DNA from: Octopus vulgaris | Taxonomy: Eukaryota | NCBI GenBank assembly: GCA_951406725.2 | Contig: OX597817.1 | Span: 56,110,001 to 56,174,000 of the forward strand | Direction: 5' to 3' | Length of the DNA: 64,000 nucleotides | Shown here: positions 28,831-41,748 of the stretch, in pieces | Numbering within the stretch: the stretch's first letter is position 1 | Layout: each line of letters begins with the position of its first letter | Program-made: the position numbers and the translations under genes | The notes under the pieces: model-generated | What the model was told of the DNA's origin: nothing | Seen by the model: only the letters and a program-made list of their open reading frames with translations | The model's database searches: none

Positions 28831-29992
28831 TTTAAAATCTTATTCTGAAGAATAAGATCTTATTCTGAGGAATAAGAATGCTGGGTGTCTTTCTGGTTTA
28901 TCGATAATTACTTCGACAAAAATTGACATCGATTGAAGTTGTGCTAGATTTAAAACCAAATTTATTCTCTCTTGACGGATAGTTTCTTGGGAAAAAATTA
29001 TTTATAGAAACGATGTCAACAACATGAAAAGTTAAAAAAATACGCACACACACACACACGCATGCTGAGTATTCCACCAATTCTAACCCTCTCCTGCCCC
29101 ACATTTAACTAAACTTGTCACATCATCAAATTTCGAAGCTTTTCTTTTTCTCCAACTTTCAATGTGCTGTGGTGACCAGGGCCCATCATACCGCACAGGG
29201 CTGCCAGAACGTAGAGAAAAGGATGGGACGTATCCTCAAAGTGGACATCTGATTTATCCGGTTATATCGATAGGGAGCCACAAAACGCCTCCAAGATAAC
29301 CAGGTTTGTGGTGTTAAATTGGACGATGGGTGAAGTCTGCTACACAAGTAACCTTTTCCGATCTCTGGTACTTACTTATCTACCCCGAAAGAATGAACGG
29401 TAAAGTCTACCTCGGTGGAATTTGAACTCAGAACGTAAAGACAGACGAAATACCGCTAAGCATTTCGCCCGGTGTGCTAACGCTTATTCCAGCTCGCCGC
29501 CTTATGTAAACAAATTATTGGAGTAATGCGGTAAGGCCATGCCAATATTACTCACCTCACCATACAAAAAAGCATGCTTTGTGGGGTTGCCGACTTAATT
29601 TGTCCTCGTTGAGTATATTTCTGCCATCTCAAGCCATGAGACCTTATCTCCTCGATGGAGTCACAAGGACCGTCGTGGCCTAAGGCGTTTCTGACCATAG
29701 CTGATTGCCTCGACGAAACATGAAAGGGGCAGATAGAAAAAAAAAAACTGAGAGAAGAGTATACCTTCGTACAGCACTGGTACTTTGTTTATCGAACACG
29801 AAAAGATGACAGGTAAATTTGACTGCGGCTGGATTTGAACTCGGAGCACAGAGACGGAATGATTACTGCAATCCAACCTGTCCAACGCTCTGACGATTCT
29901 GCCATTTGACCGCTTCTAAGAATATATATACCATATGCCCAACAATCCAAATTTATGCATATACCCAGCTCTCTCTCTCTCTCTTCCTTTTA

Positions 29993-30027
<35 letters not shown>

Positions 30028-30483
30028 TTATCACTATATATATGTATGCGCGTGTTGTAAGAACGTATATGCATCAGAATATATATATACATATATATAT
30101 ATATAAATATGTATGTATGTATGTATATATGTGTGTGTGTGTGTGTATAATGACATATGCCTAAGTCCACCTCGACCATAGGGGGTTGCCTATACGTGTT
30201 CACTGTGTTGGCTTTAGTGAAAAGCTTACAATTAAGGCACGCGGTGAATGCGTAGGGGAAGTCCATTAAGCAACTTTAAATAAGCCGTGTCGTTTCCAAG
30301 ATGGCGTCGATTGGATGAAACTGTAAGTAATTATTGACGTTTTATTCCATCTCTAATATATTTCTGTATTTTAATATGATTTCTGATTAAGAAATAATAA
30401 AGTTTAACTCTGCTTTTAATTCTATACATGTACCTGCATATACTATATCTCCGATCATTTTTCTCAGTATTTCTGGCCGTCTA

Positions 30484-30539
<56 letters not shown>

Positions 30540-30588
30540 CCTACCTACCTACCTACCTACCTACCTACCTACCTACCTACCTTCTTAC

Positions 30589-30654
<66 letters not shown>

Positions 30655-31511
30655 TTATATATATATATATATATATGTCTGTCTATCTATTTATCTATGT
30701 CTGTCTGTCTAACTATCTATCTATCTTTCTATCTATAATTCTATCTATTTATATATCTATCTATCTGTCTATCCATCTATTCATCCATCTATCTATCCTT
30801 ATCTATCTAGCTGCCCCACTTTCTCCCTCTCGATCTATCTGTCAATCGATCAATCGATCTATCTGCCTAGGCAGCTATTTACTAATCTGTACATTTCTCT
30901 CCTCCCACCCTTTCTCTCTCCACTCCTCCTTCTCCCCTCTCTCTTTTCTTTATTTTATATACACATATATATATTTTAATAAATGTATGCAATCCTATAT
31001 GTATATCACATTTGATAATCAATAAAGCGAAACACTTGAAAATTATATACGAGTTTGTTATCAATATTTCTACTTTATTTTATTTTATTTTATTTTATTA
31101 TTTACTTCATCATTTGTAATTATTTTTGTTTTATTATTTATTTCATCTTCATTTTCAACATCATCACCCTCACCATCACCACTACCCTTGTCTCCACCGC
31201 CCTTATCACCATAATCCTATTTAAAATTAAAGAATAAAACATCTTCAAAGACTTCTTCGGAAAGACTGCCGAAAAATCAACATGACATAATATCGGTAAG
31301 TTCTTCACGTGGTTGTAGATTCCAAGGAGTTCACAAATGCTTCGATATCTTGGAGAGAAATAATAGTAGAAGAATAGAAAGACGCTAGACATGATGACAG
31401 GAATGTGAGTTAGGAAATGGTGACGATTCTTAAGAAAGATTTCAACCGGAAAATGTTAACCAGAAGCGATAGATGGAAATGCGTGCACGCACACGCACGC
31501 ACACACACACA

Positions 31512-31552
<41 letters not shown>

Positions 31553-31772
31553 ACACACAAACTCACAGACACATACACATACGCACAACCTCACAGACAC
31601 ATACACATACACACAAATACACACCCACGCACACACACATACGCTCACGCACAAACACTCATGCACATACACGATCACATACAATCGCACACTCTCGTGC
31701 ACAACTCGTTGTGCATATACAGTCATACGCATGCATACACACATACATATAATCACACACACACACACACAC

Positions 31773-31828
<56 letters not shown>

Positions 31829-31843
31829 TAAACATACATATAC

Positions 31844-32048
31844 AAAATATGGGTGTTTAGTTCACAGGTGATCCAATCTTCTAGGTACGTTGCGTAAGTG
31901 CTGCAACGGATTACCAGGGCTCCAAGCCCATAGCCGAGACGGGATTTATGAAGTCCTTGTAGATTTCCGATATTGCCGACATATACTAGTTTAAGAGTAC
32001 AACAGACGCTAAGTCAAGGCAAGCACCTCAAGTCATGTACGTTATTAT
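31844..32048. repeat. 205-bp dispersed repeat, copy 1 (unclassified)
   Basis: Aligns without gaps to 59259-59463 at 160/205 identity (manual count). Confidence 0.85.
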
Positions 32049-32122
<74 letters not shown>

Positions 32123-32233
32123 TATATAATTTAATAACAATAATAATAAAAATAATTTGACAACAAAATAATGAATGAGACTTCGATATTATGTAAATAT
32201 TATCTATAAAGATAATATATGACAATTAGTTGG

Positions 32234-32308
32234 TTGTCATAATAAAACTCAGTGTTTCGGATGCTGGGGCGGAAGTCTGGTCCGGCATCTCATCAGTTAT
32301 TAAGACAA
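32234..32308 (-). ncRNA. Second minimal hammerhead motif (inverted copy)
   Basis: The minus strand reads TTGTCTTAATAA-CTGATGA-GATGC...GCATCC-GAAAC-ACTGA-GTT-TTATTATGACAA. Confidence 0.75.
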
Positions 32309-32311
32309 ACC

Positions 32312-32386
32312 TTGTCTTAATAACTGATGAGATGCCGGAGCAGACTTCAGCCCTGGCATCTGAAACTCTGAGTTTCATTATGACAA
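32312..32386 (+). ncRNA. Minimal type I hammerhead ribozyme motif (Penelope-like)
   Basis: Stem I TTGTCTTAATAA/TCATTATGACAA, CTGATGA at 32324-32330, stem II GATGCC/GGCATC, GAAAC at 32362, palindromic stem III ACTC-T-GAGT, and a GUU cleavage triplet. Confidence 0.75.
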
Positions 32387-32401
32387 CCAACTAATTGTCA
32401 C

Positions 32402-32461
<60 letters not shown>

Positions 32462-32627
32462 ACAAGATGATGGAACGAACATGATTTATTGCTTTGTGTA
32501 TTGGTAACAGCTGTTATTTGCTGATTTCCACATGTATAACCAGTAAAAGAGATACGTCAGCAGTATAATAGCCGATAACTGTATAAGTGCTTTAAAATGC
32601 ACGTTATGAGAATTTTGCCCAGACGAT

Positions 32628-32677
<50 letters not shown>

Positions 32678-32702
32678 TATATGTATATATATATATATAT
32701 AT

Positions 32703-33066
32703 AGGCACAGGAGTGACTGTGTGGTAAGTAACTTGCTTACCAACCACATGGTTCCGAGTTGAGTCTCATTGAGTGGCACCTCGGGCAGGTGGCTTCTACT
32801 ATAGCCTCGGGCCGACCAAAGTTTTGTGAGTGCATTTGGTAGACGAAAACTGAAAGAAGCACGTCGTGTATGTTTGTCCCTCCAACATCTCTTGACAACC
32901 GATGCTGGTGTGTTTACTTACATCTTAGCGGTTCGGCAAAAAGAGACCGATGGAATAAGTACTAGGCTTACAAAGAATAAGCTCTGGGGTCGATTTGCTC
33001 GACTAATGGCGGTGCTCCAGCATGGCCGCAGTCAAATGACTGAAACAAGTAAAAGAATAAAAGAAT
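32703..33066 (+). mobile_element. SINE group 2 copy. Other plus copies: ~19553-19990, 37339-37820, 58713-58875.
   Basis: Same consensus as 39283-39701. Confidence 0.88.
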
Positions 33067-33426
33067 TAAAAAATATACATATGAAGGAGAGAAGACTATC
33101 GTGAGTGATGTGAGTCTTACTTAAAAATCCAGATTACACCTCTGATTGACTGATCGTTAATTATTTTCATTTACTTACATTCAGACATTTCATTAATATA
33201 ATGCAATTATTGGCAGTATTTATATAACGAAAAAAATTTAAGCAGGTGTTAGGCAAATTATCTTTTATCTCATTAAAACAAATTCTTAACTCTTTCATTA
33301 TATCCTCGTAAAATCTATTTTGTTGGGTAAACAATTTAACAAGAGAAATAGCAAAGCACTTTTATTAATAACATAAGGTAAAATGTTGTTTTTGGACGAA
33401 AGCTGTTTAAATTTGATACTAAGTAA

Positions 33427-33742
33427 TCAATTTCAATTTCATCGCCCCTTTTCAAGCCTAGCCAGGTTCATGGCCCCGGTTTCCCGGTTTCCGTGGCGTA
33501 TATAGTCCCCCCAGCTGGACGGGACGCTAGTCCATCACAGCGTTACTCAAGAAACAGCAAGTGAGAGAAAGGTGTGGCCAAAGAGTACAACAGGGCTCGC
33601 CACCACCCCATGCCGGAGCCTCGTGGAGCTTTTAGGTGTTTTCGCTCAATAAACACACACACAACGCCCGGTCTGGGAATCGAAACCGCGATCCTCCGAC
33701 CGCGAGTCCGTTGCCCTAAGCACTGGGCCATTGCGCCTCCAC
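33427..33742 (-). mobile_element. SINE group 3, body A plus tail 1
   Basis: Head and body as in 22356, tail as in 10411. 13-bp TSD TGATACTAAGTAA at 33414-33426 and 33748-33760. Confidence 0.88.
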
Positions 33743-34481
33743 AAAGCTGATACTAAGTAACAGCTGTGTGTATTTCTTATGATCCAACATCTTCGATGAT
33801 GGTAGGTTGTGCCTAAGAATTGAATGCTGTCATGTGATCAAGACTCTTGTAGTTGAATGAATTGAAGTATGACTTGTTCCAACGCGTGTGATTTTGGCTT
33901 CGTACAAGAAAATAATTTTACTGAGAGAATATGAATACAGAAGTTAAATATTCTTTCCTACTCTAACCCGGAAATTACGGATAGCAACGTCATAGAGCGG
34001 GGCTGCTAGTCTGCAAAAGAGATCGATCCTGGAGATCGGTTCAGTGATATAATGTGAACAATAGAAAAAAAAGTTGGAGAACTTAGACAACACTATGCTA
34101 CCAGGGGTCAATTGGACCGTCGTGGATTTTTCTGACATGAAATCGACCGGAAACTACAGAGTTGAAATAATCCAGTAATTTATCAAAAGCAGAAGAAACG
34201 ACTGCTCTAGTATTTAGATATTCAAGCTTCGATGCATGTGTACGTGTGTATATATATACCCGAGTGAGCACATAAATATGAAACAAGGTGGGAAAAAATA
34301 GTGCTCGAATACCGGAGGTAGAGTAATATGAAGCTGAATAATAATGTGCGTGCGTGCGCGCGTGTGTGTGTCTGAGTGTGTGCCTGTGTGTGTCTGTGTG
34401 TGCCTGTGTGTGTGTGTGTGTTTGTCTATGTATGTATGTGTGTGTGTATGTAAAATGAGATGGGAGATAGATAGAAAGATG

Positions 34482-34529
<48 letters not shown>

Positions 34530-35428
34530 TGTTTCTTTATTAGCCACACAGGGCTGCACACAGATAGAACAAATTACAAGGTAGAGCTTTTCTTTTGAGG
34601 GTAAAAAAAGGAGAGTGGTGGTTTTCGATCAAAAGGGATCGTAAAAGGAAAGAAAAAGGACAAAAAAAAGGGAGGGGTTAAAAAAAGGGGGGGAGAGAAA
34701 AAAATAAAAATAAAAAATAAATAATAATAGGGATCGTTATCACAGAAATGTCAATATGAAGTGTAAAGGGGAGGACAGGTGAGGTTTACCCGTGGAAAGA
34801 AAAGCCTACGGAAAAGACCACGGTAACCTCGGTCAATGAAGTCACATGTTATATTTCTTTTTTTTTTTTTTGCAAATAAGCAACTCTCTGTATTAATTTT
34901 TATGGTTCATAGAATCATAGTCAAGGTGGCTTCGTCATTCATACGTGCCATCCTTGCTACATTCACCCATCTTTTTTTAAAACATTCACTAGACAAAACT
35001 TGCCTCTCTACTCTCACTTTCCTCTTCAAGTGATACTTGAAGAAGTTGATGAGAGATTGACCAGAGAGGAAAGTGTTTGTCTCTAATCCTTTCAGGCGCG
35101 TCCACCAGATACATTCTTTCGCCATAGCCACAAGTATGATAAAAATAGCTCTTCCTTCCAGTTTGAAGGAAGGAGGTGTGACGATATTAACGATAGACTC
35201 GGCTGATAAACTGACACGTCCCACACGTGACAGCAGTCGTTCGACATAAGCCCACAGGTCGGAAATTGCTGGACACTGCACGATTGCGTGCAGAGCGGTT
35301 TCGTCGCTCTGCCCGCATCTCGGGCAGGTCGGCCCCGTGTTTCTCGAGCCATGCCTATAGAGCTTATCCCGAACGAGTAGCGCTTCTCGGTAGCACCGCC
35401 AGGCCAGGGATCTCTGGAAATTATCCAT
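34530..35428 (-). mobile_element. Tx1-clade LINE 3' end: ORF2 C-terminus with CCHC zinc knuckle plus 3' UTR
   Basis: FQRSLAWRCYREALLVRDKLYRHG...CPRCGQSDETALHAIVQCP...LW, stop at 34907. The pyrimidine-rich 3' UTR ends AGCC-CTGTGT-GGCT-AATAAAGAAACA. (GATA)n lies on both sides. Confidence 0.88.
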
Positions 35429-35515
<87 letters not shown>

Positions 35516-35776
35516 TGTTTCTTTGTTGGCCACACAGGGCTGAACACAGAAGGGACAAAATACAAAGTAGGGCTTTTCTTTTTGGGAAGAGAAGGAAAGA
35601 GAACAAAAAAAAAGAATAAAAGGGAGGGTAGAAATTCAATCAAAAGGGATCGTTAAAAAACAAAAAAAAGCCGATCAATAGGGATCGTGTATCTGGCCAC
35701 ACATGGCTGAACACAGAGAGGACAAAATACAAAGTAGGGCTTTTCTTTTTGGGAAGGAAAGAAAAAAAGGGGGAGT

Positions 35777-35777
<1 letters not shown>
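35516..35777 (-). mobile_element. Two abutting short 3'-UTR fragments of a variant Tx1 subfamily
   Basis: 35516-35693 and 35694-35777 each begin (plus strand) ..GGCCACACAkGGCTGAACACAG..GACAAAATACAAAGTAGGGCTTTTC, homologous to the end at 34530. They are bounded by GATA/GACA arrays. Confidence 0.8.
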
Positions 35778-35868
<91 letters not shown>

Positions 35869-35901
35869 CAGACGACAGATAGATAGATAGATAGATAGAT
35901 A

Positions 35902-36225
35902 TGCTTCTTTATTAGCCACACAGGGCTGCACACAGATAGAACAAATTACAAGGTAGAGCTTTTCTTTTGAAGGTAAAAAAAAAAGGGGGGGTCGATCAAA
36001 AGGGATCGTAAAAGGAGAGAAAGAGGACAAAAAAAGGGGGGTTAAAAAAAAGGGGGAGAGGAAAAAAAATTGATCAATAGGGATCGTTATCACAGAAATG
36101 TCAATATGAAGTGTAAAGGGGAGGACAGGTGAGGTTTACCCGTGGAAAGAAAAGCCTACGGAAAATACCACGGTAACCTCGGTCAATGAAGTCACATGTT
36201 ATATTTCTTTTTTTTTTTTTTTTTT
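35902..36225 (-). mobile_element. Tx1 3'-UTR copy, near-identical to 34530-34870
   Basis: Direct repeat of 34530-34870, truncated at the internal T-run and flanked by (GATA)n on both sides. Confidence 0.88.
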
Positions 36226-36293
<68 letters not shown>

Positions 36294-36519
36294 TTCACGA
36301 GTGAGTGTGTGAGTGGGTTTTCTAGCATGGACAGCACTGTCCATATCTATGAATCTGATATAAATGATTTCGGAATTAGGCTAACACAAGTATTCAAGCA
36401 CGGAAATCCAGGAACTTCACTGAACATAATCGAAAAATGGAAACAAATTCCAAATCAGAGAATGAAGCTCATGGATTCATAATCTAGTACTTTGGTTATA
36501 AACCATTTTTTTGTTTTCG

Positions 36520-36935
36520 TTATCAATGGACCCGTTTAATTAATACTTTATTGTCGTGGACCCCACCTCCCTTGTCGTTTAATGTTTAACAAACTATGAA
36601 ATTATTTCATAGGTCCTACTTTCAAGATTCCTCATTTTGTTTTTCACACGTTCACTTGTTTAGGTTTGCGACGGAACTCTTTGAGAGAACATGATTCAGT
36701 GACTGGACACATAAACGATGTAAATCGTTTCAGAAAGAAACCCGTTTCTTACAATAAATATATATAAAGCAAAATACAACCATGGGAACACACTTTACTG
36801 CTTTGCTTGCGGGAACTCCACAAAATCATTACGAAACCCTAGGGGTCACACGGAGCCCAATTGAGAACAGTGCTTCCCAAAGAGGGCGGTAACGCCCCCG
36901 GGGGGTAGTGGAATGATTCGGGGGCAGGACGTTGT
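36520..36935. mobile_element. hAT/Charlie-like relics
   Basis: An end resembling GGAGCCCAATTGAGAACAGTG runs directly into CAGTGCTTCCCAAAGAGGGCGGTAACGCCCCCGGGGGG, a Charlie-type terminus. Confidence 0.45.
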
Positions 36936-37559
36936 AGAAAAAATGGGGCATGAATGGGGTGACCAAAACGAGGCAATGGATGTAAAAAAAAAATGGATGT
37001 AAGAAACAAAATAAAGGGTTAAATAGGTTGGGTTTTATTTGTGAAATACTGTTGTTTTGAGTTTGCCGCAGAAAATGGTCTGTTTGTGATGGTGAGTGGG
37101 AGGTGAGTACTACGAATGTGGCCTTAAAACCAAGGAGGCGGCAGCGTGAAAAAGTTTTGGAACCAATGTTCTTTATAGCGAATGGGCCTGTGAGGATTGA
37201 AAAACAGGGCAGAAAACTTACCATATTTAGAAAGAAAATGAAGATCGTTTTAAATTTTCTAAAATCGTTCAAAACCCACAACAAGAGAGAATTATAGCAA
37301 TACATTTTCTTGTAAGGCTGTTCACTAATAAAAGTAGGGTGCAGGAGGAAAGAAACTCTCTTCCTAATCATATGGTTCAGGGTTCAGTCCCACTGCGTGG
37401 TGCATTGGGCAGGTGTCTTCTACTAAAGCCTCGGGCCGACCAAAGCCTTCTGAGTGGATTTGGCAGTCGGAAACTGAAAGAAGCCCGACGTGTATACAAG
37501 CACACACATACACACATATTTATATATATACTGTGTTTGTGTGTGTGCGTGTGTATGTG

Positions 37560-37633
<74 letters not shown>

Positions 37634-38257
37634 TCTCTCAACGCCACTTGCCAACTGGTGGTAGTGTGTTTACGCCCTCGTAACCAAGATTTTCGACAGA
37701 ATAAGTATCAATCTTAAAACAGAAAATAAGTCCTGGGTCCCATTCATGGGACTAAAAATTCTTCAAAGCGGTGCCCCAGTATGGCTGCAGTCTAATGACT
37801 GAAAGAAGTAAAAGATCAAAGACAAAGGACAATATTTGTTGCGAGATATGGCATTTGGTATACATCAACTTCAGAACCAAAGATTTTGGAAATGCGATTC
37901 CATTTTCCGTTTTGAAAATTTTCAGACAATCGACCACGAATTATTTTTGTATTTTTTTAAGAATTTTCCCCGTGTTAAACGTATACATTCGCTGCTCACA
38001 ATATACTTAAATGAACTAAAGTTCATTTCTGTGCCGTTATTGATATATTGATAATTGTATTAGGCAAATTTAGAAATTTCTATTTAAAATTAAATCGTTT
38101 AAAATAGAAAAGCATAATTCTTTCTATTCAGGTATAGTTTGAATTGTAAATAATTAATTGGGTTAAATTGACGTCTATCATTAGAGCAGAATACTTAAAT
38201 TGACATGGCTGTGTGTGTGTGTGCGAGTTAGTGTGCGTATGGTGAATATGTGTGTGC

Positions 38258-38288
<31 letters not shown>

Positions 38289-38342
38289 GGTGTGGTTGTC
38301 TGTGCGTGTAAGTATACGTATATTCATATATGTGTGTATGTG

Positions 38343-38396
<54 letters not shown>

Positions 38397-39222
38397 TAGA
38401 CAAGGAGAGACGCACAGAGATAGACAGATAAACAAAATGACAGATAGGCAGACAGACAGACAGATAGATTGATAGACAGAGAGACAGACAGAAAAACAGA
38501 CAGACAGAAAGATAGATAGACAGACAGACAGACAGAAAGATAGATAAATAGATAGACAGATAGACAGACAGAGAGACAGATATATAGATTGATTAATTAA
38601 GCGATTGACTAATTGGTTGCTTGATTAAATGATTGATTGATTGATTGATTGATTGAATGATAGATTGGCTGATTGATTGACTGACTGACTGATAGATCGA
38701 TTCATCAATTGATTGATTTTGCAAAACAATCTTCAAGTTCGATACATCGAGTCGCCTCCCATTTTGAGATGGAAACTATTCATGAAGCCGGTAACATTCC
38801 CTAATGCGCACAAACAGGCAAAGGAAGGCAGCTCCGATAACAAAGTCAACATCCATGGACCAAGTTGAGTAAGGAACGAAAATTATGGGAATATATATAT
38901 ATATGAATAATAAATGAGTGGAATTTGAACCAGTGAGTGTGTTAGATATTAAGGCATTAAGACAGTATGACTCCCAGTATGACACAACAAAATTTGTTTC
39001 AACACACGCCAACACATATTGGCGATTAACGCTTGGAGCTTTACACAATTAAAAATGCGGCTTACGTACAATGTCTCAGGTGGAATAGATTGAACTCATT
39101 TTCTGTCAGTTGCTTTCATGAGAAACAGTCACATGACAAGAAATGTCCAAATCAGTGAACATTACACAAATTTTGAGACGAAACACGAGTAATAGGCTAG
39201 TATCTATATAGGAAAACAACAA

Positions 39223-39271
<49 letters not shown>

Positions 39272-39282
39272 TATATATATAT

Positions 39283-39699
39283 TACTCTTTTTCTCTTTAC
39301 TCTTTTACTTGTTTCAGTCATTTGACTGCGGCCATGCTGGAGCACCGCCTTTAGTCGAGTAACTCGATCCCGGGTCTTATTCTTTTTGTAAGCCCAGTAC
39401 TTATTCTATCGGTCTCTTTTGCCGAACCGCTAAGTGACGGGGACGTAAACACACCAGCATCGGTTGTCAAGCAATGCTAGGGGAACAAACACAGACACAC
39501 AAACACACACACATACAAATATATATATACATATATACGACAGGCCCCCCCTCAGTTTCCGTCTACCAAATCCACTCACTAGGCATTGGTCGACCCGGTG
39601 CTATAGCAGAAGACACTTGCCCAAGATGCCACGCAGTGGGACTGAACCTGGAACCATGTGGTTGGTTAGCAAGCTACTTACCACACAGCCACTCCTGCG

Positions 39700-39701
<2 letters not shown>
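39283..39701 (-). mobile_element. tRNA-derived SINE group 2 (CORE-like, internal microsatellite, (GTAAAAGA)n tail). Other minus copies: ~7920-8271, 13603-13967, 14420-14690, 40070-40212, 43040-43165, 56608-57063, 59049-59118, 60833-60976.
   Basis: Head GGCGCAGGAGTGGCTGTGTGGTAAG...GGTTCAGTCCCACTGCG, CORE-like CTTGGGCAAGTGTCTT, and 3' GGCGGTGCTCCAGCATGGCCGCAGTCAAATGACTGAAAC. Confidence 0.9.
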
Positions 39702-39742
<41 letters not shown>

Positions 39743-40524
39743 GTGCTTATGTATGTATGTACGTATGTATGTATGTTTTGCTTTACGTGTGTCTTCTCAT
39801 ACATATACTTGCATATCTAGACATGCTCATATACATTTAAATGATAAAATTCAGGACAGTTTTACAGATTTTTGCAGTTCCAGTGATAGATTGGATCTGT
39901 AGCCTTCGAATTAGCTTTCTTCTTTTTTGTTTTAAAAGGCTTAATTCCTCAAGATTGATATTTAGGCAGTGTTATGCACGTATGTATGCCTATATGTATG
40001 TATGAATGTATGTATATATGTATGTATGCATGTATGTATGTATGTATGTATGTATGTATGCACGTATTCGAGATTCTTTCAGTTTCCGTCTACTAAATCC
40101 TCCGTCCGAGGCTATAATAGAAAATACATGCTTAGGTTGCCACGCAGTAAGACTGAACGTGGAACCATATTTTCAGGAAGCAGGCTTTTTTACTACACAA
40201 ACACGCGTGCACCTAACATTATATTTATTATGAATTTCCTTGAGAGGATATATAAAAATGTTTCAAGAGACAAACAATTAACCGTAATTTTGAGAATCAA
40301 AATGGAAACGATGAGAATTATGAAAAAATCTTTTTACTTACTTCTTAATCAATTCATATTGTAAATAATCCATAGAATGAGATAATGTTTAAAAGGATTT
40401 ATGTCTGTGATTTTTACAGACATATTTTCTCATAATGGACGGGTATATAAATAAATAAATATGATCTGATCAGCAACTGAAATCAAAATAAATGTTAAAA
40501 ATGTGAAGAAAAATATAAAACATG

Positions 40525-40574
<50 letters not shown>

Positions 40575-41692
40575 ATTGGAACAAGAATGCAATAGAGGAC
40601 ATTAAAACATTCAGACAGATAGAGGATACAAAGACGGTCTGAGAAACACAATTAGAAGGACAGGTAAAAAAAAAGGAGGGTTATTAGTGGGCCTCATTCC
40701 TCAGTCAATTACCAGAATTCACGCCCATTTCGGACAGTTGCACTTGAGATGGTTCGATCTGGTTGCCCCAGATATCTGTATATATATATATACATACATA
40801 AATATGTATGTTTGCGTTTGTGTGAGTGCGTGAGTGTGTGTATGTGTGCGTGTGTGCGTGAGTATGTGCGTACATCTATGTGTGTGTGTGTAAATATATA
40901 TATATATATTTATACATATGTATATAGAGAGTGAGAGAGAAAGAGAGAGTGAAATAGAGACAGACAGACAGACAGACAGATAATGATGCAAATAAGCAAA
41001 TAAAACTGCTTGGGTTAGATATAAAAAACATATATACATCTATACATGAAAACTTAGGGAAAGCACAAGCAAAAAATTCTCAGACGATGACTATTGATGT
41101 AGAAATATATAGATATTTATATACTTCTGCGTCTTTATATATACTGTGTCTTTGTACTCTGTGTAAATTTTCTCTGTTAATAACAGAGCAAATTTACACT
41201 GAGTATAAAGACACAGAAAAGTAAAAGCAAGAATGTATGGTGTTACAGGCACGACAGCTGTTTCTGGGGACTCGGAAATACTTCATAATGTCGAGAGATG
41301 TAGTACACAAAAAAATGCTGGCTTCGAGCCAAAAATTTGGAAGCATTGTTATCAGATGATTTTCAGGGATGAATAAACATGGTACGAGTGAAGGTAGCTT
41401 TACTGGCATTGCCGTTCACCGGATTCTAGGGAAATGTGCAGAGAAACCGGGGAGAGAAGGAAAAGAGAAAAAGATATAAATAAAAAAGAGACACAAGAAT
41501 ATATATATATTCGTGGAACAACGAGACTACCATTGGTTTCACGTTCAGAGCGACATCTCTCAATAGTTACTAAAATCTGCTACGTGGAACATTGATGTTC
41601 GTTTCCATTTTCGATGAAAATACAATGTATGTATGTATGTATGTATGTATGTATGTATGTATGTATGTATGTATGTATGTATGTATGTATAT

Positions 41693-41748
<56 letters not shown>

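Noticed and set aside
28838-28877. Tandem 20-bp hairpin TCTTATTC-TGAr-GAATAAGA x2
   Set aside because: Most simply a local slippage duplication at the edge of an RTE relic.
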